Source: Minisyncoccia bacterium (GTDB taxonomy: Bacteria; Patescibacteriota; Minisyncoccia; UBA6257; 2-01-FULL-56-20). From it: a stretch of DNA of 64,000 nucleotides. The DNA is taken from contig JBEKRC010000003.1 in the NCBI GenBank assembly GCA_049997875.1, positions 183,885 through 247,884 on the forward strand, written 5' to 3'. The position numbers and the translations under genes are program-made. Within the stretch, counting starts at the first letter, position 1. The number at the start of each line of letters is the position of its first letter. The notes under the pieces were generated by a model. The model saw only the letters and a program-made list of their open reading frames with translations. It was not told where the DNA came from and ran no database searches. This document shows positions 49,493 to 58,138 of this stretch, one piece after another.

Positions 49493-50453
49493 GGCGATGC
49501 GCGAGAATGCGGTTCAGGATGCTCATGCGCCGATGATGCCGCTTCTCGTATTGCCGGTGGATCCATGCCGCAAGCACGATTACGGCCGCAAGCAGTCCCA
49601 CGAAAACGACCGTGAGCTTTTGCCACGGGAGCACCCACACGAGCGCCACGTTTTGGAGCTTGTTCCCGGCGGCACCGTACGTGAGATCGAGCATCGCCTT
49701 ATACTGGCCGAAACCCTGCCCGCTTCCCCATTGAGCCGTGAAATTATGCGTTTCCCCGGGAGCAATCGCCACGTGCTCCGGATTCGCATCAACGGAGCCG
49801 ATCTCGCGGCCAAGCCGATCATAGAAGAGAACGAGGCCCGACGGCGTCGAGGCCACGTCCCCCGTGTTCTCGATCGCGTAGGCGAAGCTCACCGGAAACG
49901 CGGAGACGACCCGGCCCGTGGGCGCAAAGCTCGCGAGCGCAAGTTCCTCCTTCACGTTGGACTGCACCGTGAGGTCCACGAGCGCCTGGGGCGCACCATC
50001 AAGGTGCGTCTCCGCCTCGTCGCGCGTGGAACCTTCTACGAAAGCGATGACCGCATGGTACGTGCCGGCCGCGGCGTACGGATTGATGTTGATGGAAACC
50101 GGTATGGTCTTTGTCTCGCCCGGAGCGAGGGGCATCGCCCCGCGCGAGACGCTTATCCAATTTGCGAGCGAAACGGATTTTTCCGCAAGCGAGGAATCCA
50201 CGAGCGAAGGGTCCTCAAAGGCCTGCTTGCCATCCGCCGTCAGGTTGTACACGGACACAAAAACGTTTGCAAGGTGATCGTCGGTGTTTTTAGCGGTGAG
50301 CGTGTAGTTCAAAATGTCCCTCGGCAGGCCGTGGTCGTCAATCACGGCGGGAGTGACAACAAGGCCGGCAGCACGGACGAGCGCTGGAAACCAAAGAAGA
50401 CAAATCGCGCCCAAGCCCGCATAAAATATTTTCTTGTAAAAAAATTCGTTCAT
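49446..50453 (-). CDS. surface protein, DUF916/CscA-like architecture
   Basis: Signal peptide; LVVTPAVIDDHGLPRDILNYTLTAKNTDDHL; C-terminal TM VVFVGLLAAVIVLAAWIHRQYEKRHHRRM. Confidence 0.5.
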   Translation of the reverse strand: MNEFFYKKIFYAGLGAICLLWFPALVRAAGLVVTPAVIDDHGLPRDILNYTLTAKNTDDHLANVFVSVYNLTADGKQAFEDPSLVDSSLAEKSVSLANWISVSRGAMPLAPGETKTIPVSININPYAAAGTYHAVIAFVEGSTRDEAETHLDGAPQALVDLTVQSNVKEELALASFAPTGRVVSAFPVSFAYAIENTGDVASTPSGLVLFYDRLGREIGSVDANPEHVAIAPGETHNFTAQWGSGQGFGQYKAMLDLTYGAAGNKLQNVALVWVLPWQKLTVVFVGLLAAVIVLAAWIHRQYEKRHHRRMSILNRILAHRHVIDLRHPYDIHGRM

Positions 50454-51778
50454 TAGAATGTGGGAGCGACGACGTATGCGGTGTTATCGCTGTAGGAACC
50501 GGTGAGCTGCATGGGATTCGTCTGAACGCGATACACCATGTCCATCGTGCTGCCTGTTGTTGGCGCGCCGCTGTATCCTATCTCGGCGGTTGTCGTGGTA
50601 AATCCGGCGTAGGTGTCATCCGCTGCGAAACGCGTGGACCCGCTCGAGAGCACGGCGCTTCCGGCATGATATCCGTAGCACGCCGTGGAAGTGGAAGTGC
50701 ACGCGGTCCCCCACGCCTGCGGACTCGCGTTCGTGGCATTCAGGGCCGGCACCTTATCACCCTGCGCATCCGTGAGCGGCGCATCTTGGAACGCATAGAG
50801 TTCATACCCGAACGCGGCATTCGTCGTCACCGAAAGCCGCTGCGCACCCGTAAGACTCGAACCGACCGGCAAAGTTCCGAAGGGAATACCGGTGGGTGTC
50901 GCGGAAACGTTTGTTACGATGCCGTTCGTACTCGTCCCTTGGGGAAGACCGCTCACCGTGAACGTAAGCGCCGCTCCCTGTGTCACGAGGCTCGGATACG
51001 ACGACGTTCCGTTCAGGAGGACCGGCATCCCGTCCGCGGCGTTCACCGCGCGGAAAAAGTACGTGGTCCCGACAACGGCGCCCGAGTTCTGCATCGTGAA
51101 CTCGTACTCAGTTGCGGCGCCTGCCGCTTGGGTGGCGGTGGAAGTACTTGTACCCGATGTGTTGTGGGTACCGCAGCCGTTCCCAACGCCGCCACTGCAA
51201 GAATCCGAATCGGTCAGAATATTGGTCGAAATCAGCGTATTATCGGCACCCGCGCCCGAGGCATAACACCAACTTGACGTCGCGACGCAACTCCCGATCT
51301 CCGTCACATATCCTACCCCCGAGGAAAAATCCGACGCGAGCGAATATTGGAGCCGGAACTTCACGTTATCGCTTCCCGCAAGACTGCTTGTTTCCTTGAT
51401 CGTGAGCCGCAGCTTCAGCGGTTCCCCGTTCGCGATGTTCGTGGGCGCCGTGCTTTGGGCGGCGAGCGAGCTTGTCGGCGTCTCGTCATTCACGTCGCCG
51501 TACCATTCCCACGCCTGCGACATTGGGGAGAATTCCGTGTCGTTCGCCGGACCCGTGTTGGACATGAATCCCGTGCCCGCCGCGTCGCCGTTCGTGATGG
51601 CGGAGCCGCCCTGGACCATCTGGAAGTCCGTGGATGACGAATACCCTCCGAAGGAACCTAGGTAGGAATCCTCTATCATGAAATGCGTGCTCGAGACCGT
51701 ATCGGCGGCGGACCAGAACGGCAGCACCGAAATGGCGACGAGGATCACTATGGTAAACACCGCGAATGCGCGCTCCAT
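50453..51778 (-). CDS. secreted T/S-rich surface protein with class-B C-terminal module
   Basis: Signal peptide; C-terminus FGTLPVGSSLTGAQRLSVTTNAAFGYEL...SPQAWG...YSDNTAYVVAPTF is homologous to the 46909..48060 C-terminus. Confidence 0.5.
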   Translation of the reverse strand: MERAFAVFTIVILVAISVLPFWSAADTVSSTHFMIEDSYLGSFGGYSSSTDFQMVQGGSAITNGDAAGTGFMSNTGPANDTEFSPMSQAWEWYGDVNDETPTSSLAAQSTAPTNIANGEPLKLRLTIKETSSLAGSDNVKFRLQYSLASDFSSGVGYVTEIGSCVATSSWCYASGAGADNTLISTNILTDSDSCSGGVGNGCGTHNTSGTSTSTATQAAGAATEYEFTMQNSGAVVGTTYFFRAVNAADGMPVLLNGTSSYPSLVTQGAALTFTVSGLPQGTSTNGIVTNVSATPTGIPFGTLPVGSSLTGAQRLSVTTNAAFGYELYAFQDAPLTDAQGDKVPALNATNASPQAWGTACTSTSTACYGYHAGSAVLSSGSTRFAADDTYAGFTTTTAEIGYSGAPTTGSTMDMVYRVQTNPMQLTGSYSDNTAYVVAPTF

Positions 51779-51779
51779 G

Positions 51780-52286
51780 TTATTGGCTTGTCTGTGACTG
51801 CTCGATCGTCTTCACGATGACGCTGTCGCTCCGCAGGGTCTCCCAAAACATTATCTGCGAGAGCGGAACCACCATCTCGCTCGTAGGTCCATGGATCTCG
51901 TTCCCGAGCTTCACAAGCTTGAGCTGCGACTGGTCCTCGCCGTTCAACTGTTCACTCGGCTGCGCAATCTGAAGATAGTACACGTCGCGCAACGTGATCG
52001 TTGCGGCGAAGGGCCAATGCTGGAAATGCCCGAAGTAGACCTGATTGTTCGTGAGGAACACCGCACGCCATGCCGTGTCGTGGGCGGTGGCATACCATGC
52101 GCCGAGCGCAATGACGAGCGCGATAATTGCAATGACGACGACCGTGTTTCTCTTGTTCCATCGCGATTTCAGGCGCGGTTCGGAAACAACGTTCTCGTTT
52201 TCTTCCCGAAGATTGAGGGTGCTAGGCATAAAATTTGATGATAAAAATTTACGGCGACCTTTACGGCGCGGTGCCGGCTGCGGCAT
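51780..52286 (-). CDS. small single-TM membrane protein (hypothetical)
   Basis: 168 aa; basic N-terminus, one TM (VVVIAIIALVIALGAWY), extracytoplasmic C-terminal domain. Confidence 0.4.
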   Translation of the reverse strand: MPQPAPRRKGRRKFLSSNFMPSTLNLREENENVVSEPRLKSRWNKRNTVVVIAIIALVIALGAWYATAHDTAWRAVFLTNNQVYFGHFQHWPFAATITLRDVYYLQIAQPSEQLNGEDQSQLKLVKLGNEIHGPTSEMVVPLSQIMFWETLRSDSVIVKTIEQSQTSQ

Positions 52287-53553
52287 CGGACGAAGTAGCG
52301 CCGGGTGAGACCGCGTCGGGCGTGGGCGTAACGGACGCCGCGGAAGTGCTGCCTGGAGTGTCGCTTGTGGACGAGGCGCCCGCGTTCACGCTCGCATCCG
52401 CACCCGTGTCCGTTCCCGCATTCATGTTCGCACCGGTGTTTGCATCCGTACTCGTGCCCGTGTCGGCGCTCGCGCTCGCACTGGTATTTGCGCCCGCACC
52501 GACACTGCTCGTCGCAACGCTTCCGATGTCCGCGCTGTCCGTTGTGCTCGTGGTCGTGTCGGAGACAGTCGCATCAGAGGTGGTCGCATCATTCGATGCG
52601 CCCACAGTGTCCGTATCTCCATCGCCTGCCGCCGCATTGCCGGCCGCCGCAGCACTCATTGTGGTAACGTCCGGCGTCCCGCCCCCGAACGCGACCGGCA
52701 TCGATTGCTCCACAACGGTCGACGACCCAGCGGCATAAGTGCTGATGATAAGCCACGAGAAAGACACGGGGATGGATTGTGACCGGACCGTACCGACATG
52801 GAAGCCCGCGCCGTCGCTCCTCTGCGTCACCGCAAGCGGGACTTCGGTGGGCGAAGTAGGCGTTACGATAACCTCCGAAGAAGAAGTGAGGAGGGTGTTA
52901 GGTACGAAAACATCTGTCACTCCGGCGCCGATCTCTCCATCTCCCGACATCTGATTCGCCCCTTTCGGCACGGCAATTGAGCCGCCGGGAAGCACCGCGA
53001 ACATCTTTGAGAAAATCTGCATGGCTGCCACGACGGACGTCTTCACTGCGTCCACGGCCGAGGTCACGATCCCGAAGAACTGCTGCAGCACCGAATCAAG
53101 CCAAGAGTCGTCGCTCGGCGGGGCGGCGGCGAGGGAAGAAGTGTCCATGGTGACCGTAACGTCAGTCAATGGGATAGGCGTAGAGAAGACAACCGTCGCG
53201 GAGGCCGTCGATGGGGATGTTATGGCTGCTGTCGCGCTCCCCGGCACCGTCCCGCCATCCACGGCGTCGACGACGAACGTCCCTCCCATCCGATCGCCCG
53301 CGGGCACCGTGATAGCGTATGCGTAAGAACCGTTCACACAGCTCGGATTGCTGCTTCCCCAAATGGAACCGTCGGACGTGCGGCGGATAACAACGAGCAC
53401 GAACCGCGCGGAGCAATTCCCGGAAACGGAGAGTTTCCCCGTTCCGGGATCAAAGACGACGTTGCTGCTCGCCGCGCGCGCCGCGCTCCCCCACGCAAGC
53501 AAGGCGAGGGAGATAACGCCGACGAAACTTACAAAAAAATATCTTTTGTTCAT
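52261..53553 (-). CDS. secreted low-complexity T/S/A/D-rich protein (hypothetical)
   Basis: Signal peptide; extreme compositional bias in the C-terminal half. Confidence 0.4.
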   Translation of the reverse strand: MNKRYFFVSFVGVISLALLAWGSAARAASSNVVFDPGTGKLSVSGNCSARFVLVVIRRTSDGSIWGSSNPSCVNGSYAYAITVPAGDRMGGTFVVDAVDGGTVPGSATAAITSPSTASATVVFSTPIPLTDVTVTMDTSSLAAAPPSDDSWLDSVLQQFFGIVTSAVDAVKTSVVAAMQIFSKMFAVLPGGSIAVPKGANQMSGDGEIGAGVTDVFVPNTLLTSSSEVIVTPTSPTEVPLAVTQRSDGAGFHVGTVRSQSIPVSFSWLIISTYAAGSSTVVEQSMPVAFGGGTPDVTTMSAAAAGNAAAGDGDTDTVGASNDATTSDATVSDTTTSTTDSADIGSVATSSVGAGANTSASASADTGTSTDANTGANMNAGTDTGADASVNAGASSTSDTPGSTSAASVTPTPDAVSPGATSSDAAAGTAP

Positions 53554-53558
53554 GGTCG

Positions 53559-55916
53559 TTAATCGTGGCTGCTAAAATAGACGTACGCGATCCTGTGAAC
53601 GGCGGCGGTCCCCGTAAGCGTGGTAACCGCATCCGTGATGCCGAGCTGCGTTGCCCCCGTTGCGATGTTCGTCGTCTTCGGCGTAGTTACATAGCTCCCC
53701 CCGTTCGTCGCAACCTGGCACAACATCTGCCCGGCCGTCGACATATCAAGAATGATGTCGTAGTAGGTGCTTGTCGTAACCGTCACACCGGTATTCGTAT
53801 AGCTTGCGGTCGTCCCGTCCCCTGAACCGCACTGCCAAGTCGTATCTCCCGCGCTGGTGGAATAGCGAAGACCAAAGAATACCGTTGACGTCGCGCCGGC
53901 AGCGACATCAGATCCCGTAATCGCAGCCGAGTTCAGCGCGACCCAGATGCGCCGGCTCGTAATGGTGGTATCGGTCCTGATCCTTGTCGCGAACCGCGGC
54001 GTATAGCGCGGTTGGGTCTGATTGAATGTCTGCGTCAATCCCCCTACGGAACCGTTCGATGCGGCGCTTGTCCATTGCACATAATAATCCTCCGCCTGCG
54101 CACTGGCCGCAGCGGTGCCGTTCACGGTAGGAATCCCCATATCAACCGCGGTGAACACCGTGGCCGCCGTACCGGTCGGCGCCCAATATCCCCACTGATT
54201 GGTACCGAAGTCCTGTTGCCACCCTATAGGGGTCGGGATGCAGTTCGTCCAGGCACCCCCTTGGTAACAACGGAAGCTTCCCGTGCTTGAGCTGTAATAC
54301 ATCGCGCCGTTGAAGCCGGTCGGGTCCCCGGCATCGGATTTCACGTCAAGCCCCAAAAGCGTCGGGACAGATCCGGCCGCCCCGTTCCGCCCGATCTTTA
54401 TCTTGTTGTTCAGCGTATCGGCGGCAAGAAGCGTTATCGTCCCGCTCGCATTCTGCAAAGCAAACGTGGTGGACGTATCGCTGGAGGGAAGAAAAACCGC
54501 ATTCCCGACGCTGTTAACATAGAAAACCGTGGATGACGCATCGTTCACTTGAATGGCGTTCCCGGAGCCAAAGTTACTCACGATCAATGCGGCCCCCGAG
54601 ACGTTCGCACCCGCAGTGATCGCGACCGTGCTCGTCGCCTGCGTTGAGGTCGGGGCGTTCACGATGGAAAGCGCTATGCCGGTTCCGTTCTGGCTCAATG
54701 TTAATCCCGTTGAAGCCGCATTTTGCACGATAGACATCCCCGCGGTCACGGACGGCGCGTTCAGCGTTTTATTGTTCAATGTCTGCGAGTAGTTCACGAG
54801 CGCCACCGTGTCCGTTGCCGTGGCGAAGTTCGGGATCGTGAGCGCCCCGACGACCGTCGGGTTCCAACTCAACGTCCCGGTCGCGCCCGTTCCCTGGAAG
54901 ACAAATTGGCTGGAGGTCGCCGTGGCCTGCAACATGCTCGCCGTCACGCGGTTTGCGATCGTGAGTATGCCGGACGAGGCGATCGTATTGCTCGCGGAGA
55001 AGAACTGTATTGCGCCCGTGCCCGTCCCGCCCTGCAGCGTAAGCGTGTTCGTTCCGGTCGCATTGATCTGCGGGTTCGCATCGCCGAGGACGAGGGCCCC
55101 CGAGGCGAGCACCGGTATCTCCGTGCCCGTCGCATTCTGCGACGGCGCGAATCCTCCCACCGTCGCCGCGTTGATGGCATACCCGGACGCCACGATCCGC
55201 TCGCGCGGGCTCAAGGCCTCAAACGTCGCGTTCGTGCAGCTTGAACTCACTTGCGCCGCCACTTCCACGTTCAGATACGCCGTGTCGTTGCTCTGAAAAT
55301 TGAAGGTCAACGGATCCCCTCCCGCGCTTACGTCACCCACGCCGACATCAAAGACGCCGTTCGCCACGGTAGCGGTCATCGCGGAGGCGGTGGTGCTCGG
55401 CCAGAGCTTGGTGCCCCCCGAAAGAGAATCATAAATGGAGAAACGGAAGCAGTATGGCGTACCCGATCCCCCCAAAAGATTGCCATTGGAGTCAAAAAGC
55501 CTGCCTTGATAGCTCAGGACGAGAGGTACCCCCGTGGCCGCCTTAGCAATCGCGATGGTGATAAAGGCGTATATGAGGAACGCAATAAAAAGGAAAAGGA
55601 GTACTACAAGGACATAAATGATCCTTCTCGCAAGGCGCAATATCGCCTCGGTTGATGAGTTAGCAACCCACCAGGTTCGAAGCTTTTCCCGCACCCATTC
55701 CTTAAAGGCAGGGATTGCGCGTTCCGCCCCGCTTTTCGCCATATATTCCCGAATGGCCTCCTCGGTCGTCACCCAAGCCACATTCAGGTAGATCTGTTTG
55801 CCCTGCAATTTCCCCTTCCGGATAAGCTGACCCAAATAATCCGGCGCATAGCCCGAAAGCTTCGCCGCTTCCTTAAGAGTGATATATTTAACCCCTTTGT
55901 CGTGTCTTATAGCCAT
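53559..55916 (-). CDS. 785-aa protein: N-terminal excisionase-type HTH, single TM, large extracellular T/S/N/G-rich beta-repeat domain
   Basis: VKYITLKEAAKLSGYAPDYLGQLIRKGKLQGKQI (HTH_17-like, same type as the 20171 protein). TM IIYVLVVLLFLFIAFLIYAFITIAIA. ~640 aa of G/T/S/N-rich repeats (TGTNTLTLQGGTGTGAIQF...). Confidence 0.55.
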   Translation of the reverse strand: MAIRHDKGVKYITLKEAAKLSGYAPDYLGQLIRKGKLQGKQIYLNVAWVTTEEAIREYMAKSGAERAIPAFKEWVREKLRTWWVANSSTEAILRLARRIIYVLVVLLFLFIAFLIYAFITIAIAKAATGVPLVLSYQGRLFDSNGNLLGGSGTPYCFRFSIYDSLSGGTKLWPSTTASAMTATVANGVFDVGVGDVSAGGDPLTFNFQSNDTAYLNVEVAAQVSSSCTNATFEALSPRERIVASGYAINAATVGGFAPSQNATGTEIPVLASGALVLGDANPQINATGTNTLTLQGGTGTGAIQFFSASNTIASSGILTIANRVTASMLQATATSSQFVFQGTGATGTLSWNPTVVGALTIPNFATATDTVALVNYSQTLNNKTLNAPSVTAGMSIVQNAASTGLTLSQNGTGIALSIVNAPTSTQATSTVAITAGANVSGAALIVSNFGSGNAIQVNDASSTVFYVNSVGNAVFLPSSDTSTTFALQNASGTITLLAADTLNNKIKIGRNGAAGSVPTLLGLDVKSDAGDPTGFNGAMYYSSSTGSFRCYQGGAWTNCIPTPIGWQQDFGTNQWGYWAPTGTAATVFTAVDMGIPTVNGTAAASAQAEDYYVQWTSAASNGSVGGLTQTFNQTQPRYTPRFATRIRTDTTITSRRIWVALNSAAITGSDVAAGATSTVFFGLRYSTSAGDTTWQCGSGDGTTASYTNTGVTVTTSTYYDIILDMSTAGQMLCQVATNGGSYVTTPKTTNIATGATQLGITDAVTTLTGTAAVHRIAYVYFSSHD

Positions 55917-55954
55917 CTCGAGGGTCGATATTTAACAAATCTTGGGTATCGAGA

Positions 55955-55983
55955 TTATATACTCATTATATAAAACCTTGCAA
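55955..55983 (-). promoter_or_regulatory. sigma70-like promoter for 53559..55916 (TTGCAA-16nt-TATAAT on the minus strand)
   Basis: Reverse complement reads TTGCAAGGTTTTATATAATGAGTATAATCTC. Confidence 0.5.
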
Positions 55984-56041
55984 TCAGGATATGTGCATAA
56001 AATGTGAAGAACGTTATAAAATATGCCCAAAATAAGGACAA

Positions 56042-56102
56042 TTTATCCACATATATTGGCTTATCCACATATCCACATCCACTAATTTTTCCTCTCATCC
56101 AC
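56042..56102 (+). promoter_or_regulatory. cluster of DnaA-box-like sites in a divergent promoter region (2x TTATCCACA, ATATCCACA, TCATCCACG), adjacent AT-rich stretch
   Basis: TTATCCACA at 56042 and 56060, ATATCCACA at 56068, TCATCCACG at 56094. Located 60-120 bp upstream of the minus-strand promoter and ~100 bp upstream of the plus-strand promoter. Confidence 0.5.
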
Positions 56103-56168
56103 GCCAATTAGTCTTCCCTTCTGCGCAGAAATGGATCCCGCCTTTGCCCAAAAAGCTGCCTTATGGGC

Positions 56169-56198
56169 TTGCAATATTCAGCAATACCATGGTATAAT
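56169..56198 (+). promoter_or_regulatory. strong sigma70-like promoter (TTGCAA-18nt-TATAAT) for the RRM gene
   Basis: TTGCAA at 56169-56174, TATAAT at 56193-56198. Confidence 0.6.
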
Positions 56199-56235
56199 AC
56201 AAACGTTGTAAGTGTTCTTAGTAGGTTTCGCCTGT

Positions 56236-56301
56236 CCAGTCGTAGTTTTGCACGTGATGCCGTGCGTGAATATCAAGCATGATGAGCAAAACTACGGCTG
56301 G
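56236..56301 (+). promoter_or_regulatory. long hairpin in the 5' leader of the RRM gene (16-bp stem with one G-U, 34-nt loop)
   Basis: CCAGTCGTAGTTTTGC at 56236-56251 pairs with GCAAAACTACGGCTGG at 56286-56301. Confidence 0.6.
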
Positions 56302-56400
56302 AGAGCAAGCAGAGGAGAAGTAGGTCGCCTTACACAAAAATAGCAAAACAGAGAATCCGGCACCAAATTGTTTTCGCGAGAAGGCGCTGGGTTGTATTTA

Positions 56401-56706
56401 ATGGCTACAAAATTATACGTTGGGGGTTTGCCCTACACCACGACGCAGGATGAGCTTCAGGCTGCGTTCGCGCAGGCCGGCACCGTTTCGTCCACAACCA
56501 TCATTGTGGACAAGATGACGGGCCGCTCGCGCGGGTTCGGTTTCGTCGAAATGGCATCCGACGAGGACGCCCAGAAGGCGATCGAGATGTGGAACGGCAA
56601 GGACTTCGGCGGCCGCAAGTTGACCGTGAACGAAGCCAAGCCCCTTGAGCAGCGCGCTCCTCGGAGCGGCGGCGGCGGCTACGGCGGCGGACGCCAGAGC
56701 TGGTAG
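56401..56706 (+). CDS. RRM-domain glycine-rich RNA-binding protein
   Basis: RNP-2 LYVGGL and RNP-1 RGFGFVEM; C-terminal GGGGYGGGRQ tail. Start at MATKLYVGGL; the ORF-track start at 56368 is less likely. Confidence 0.85.
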   Translation: MATKLYVGGLPYTTTQDELQAAFAQAGTVSSTTIIVDKMTGRSRGFGFVEMASDEDAQKAIEMWNGKDFGGRKLTVNEAKPLEQRAPRSGGGGYGGGRQSW

Positions 56707-56731
56707 GTTCCGCTTAACTGCAGAAACAAAA

Positions 56732-56758
56732 ATCCCGCAGCAATGCGGGGTTTTTGGT
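56732..56758 (+). terminator. rho-independent terminator
   Basis: AATCCCGCAgcaaTGCGGGGTTTTT immediately after the RRM gene stop. Confidence 0.8.
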
Positions 56759-57072
56759 TTCCGATTTTTAGAAACCGCGCAGATTTGACTTTCGCAAAAC
56801 CCTAAACTATTATCATGAGAATTAAAGGTCGGAAGTAATATGCTTTCTTATTTTAGAAATGTCTTAGAACAATCAGGGCCTAAGGGAGTATAAAAACCCC
56901 AAAAGACACCTAAGAGCCTGCGGCGCCCATTAGGACACCAACGGCGTAGTGCTAATTTGGGTCCTCCTGTCCCAAACTCGTAATGATTAAGTTCCGCTAT
57001 CCTTGGGCGGGCATCGCTTCGCGCACAGGCGACTAAGTCGAATCATGTTGCGCAAAATTAAAAATTATTATT

Positions 57073-58134
57073 ATGAACATCGCTTTTGTAATCATTTTCC
57101 TGGTTATACTCATCGTAGGGTTCTGGATTATCCTGCGTGAGATTCAGAAGAAATCGAGTGGGTCAAATGATGACCAGGCACTGCTCCTAATCCAAAATCA
57201 GATCAATGAGCTTACCCACGCTCTTGAAGCTAAACTCGGCGAATCGGCGAAGGCGATCACCGATTCTACTAATAAGGCGTTCGCCCAAGCGACCAAAAGC
57301 GCAGAACTTATAAAAGAAATTACCCAAGAGCTTGCGAAGGTCGGCGAAGGACAGCGTCAAGTGGCAAGCATCGCGGACAATCTGAAGAGCCTGCAAGACA
57401 TCCTTAAAAACCCGAAGCAGCGCGGTGTCTTGGGCGAATACTACCTGGAAACGGTCCTTAAGAATGTGCTGCCTCCGAACGCCTATAAGATACAGTATGA
57501 ATTCAAAGATGGAACCATTGTAGATGCCGTTATCATCACGAAGAATGGACTGATTCCAATAGATTCAAAGTTCAGTTTGGAAAATTACAATCGAATTCTT
57601 GAGTCCTCTGACAAAGCAGAGCGGGAGCGATATGAAACCGCTTTCGCAAACGATCTAAAAACCCGGATTGATGAAACTGCCAAATACGTGAAACCTGAGG
57701 AGGGTACGCTTGATTTTGCTTTCATGTTCATTCCATCGGAAGCGGTGTATTACGATCTTCTTGTTAATAAAGTAGGTGCCATTAAATCAAATAACGTAGA
57801 TCTTATTGAGTATGCGGCAGGAAAGAAAAAGGTGATGGTTGTATCTCCCACCACTTTCTTGGCATATTTGCAAACCGTCCTTCAGGGGTTGAAAGCGCTA
57901 CGGATAGAAGAAACGGCGAAGAAAATTGCTGAGCGGGTGAGCGAGCTGGGCAAACACTTGCTAAGCTACCAGGAATACATGCAAAAGGTTGGGAAAAATC
58001 TTACCGTTACTGTTTCGGCTTATAATTCCGCAGGCAAAGAATTCGGGAAAATAAACAAAGATGTGTACAGAATTACCGGAGATGAACTGAACCTTGAGGC
58101 ACCTTCAATTGAAAAGCCGGAAGAAACTACATAA
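57073..58134 (+). CDS. rmuC: DNA recombination protein RmuC
   Basis: N-terminal TM, coiled coil, QRGVLGEYYLETVLKNVLP...YKIQYEF (RmuC core). Confidence 0.85.
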   Translation: MNIAFVIIFLVILIVGFWIILREIQKKSSGSNDDQALLLIQNQINELTHALEAKLGESAKAITDSTNKAFAQATKSAELIKEITQELAKVGEGQRQVASIADNLKSLQDILKNPKQRGVLGEYYLETVLKNVLPPNAYKIQYEFKDGTIVDAVIITKNGLIPIDSKFSLENYNRILESSDKAERERYETAFANDLKTRIDETAKYVKPEEGTLDFAFMFIPSEAVYYDLLVNKVGAIKSNNVDLIEYAAGKKKVMVVSPTTFLAYLQTVLQGLKALRIEETAKKIAERVSELGKHLLSYQEYMQKVGKNLTVTVSAYNSAGKEFGKINKDVYRITGDELNLEAPSIEKPEETT

Positions 58135-58138
58135 GCAG

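Noticed and set aside
49290-50456. 388-aa plus-strand ORF
   Set aside because: Antisense to the DUF916-like gene 49446..50453.
55917-56110. Calling this region oriC outright
   Set aside because: No dnaA/dnaN is adjacent. Two other TTATCCACA clusters occur 8 and 23 kb away, each upstream of surface genes, which favours an operator interpretation. It is retained as an alternative in the findings.
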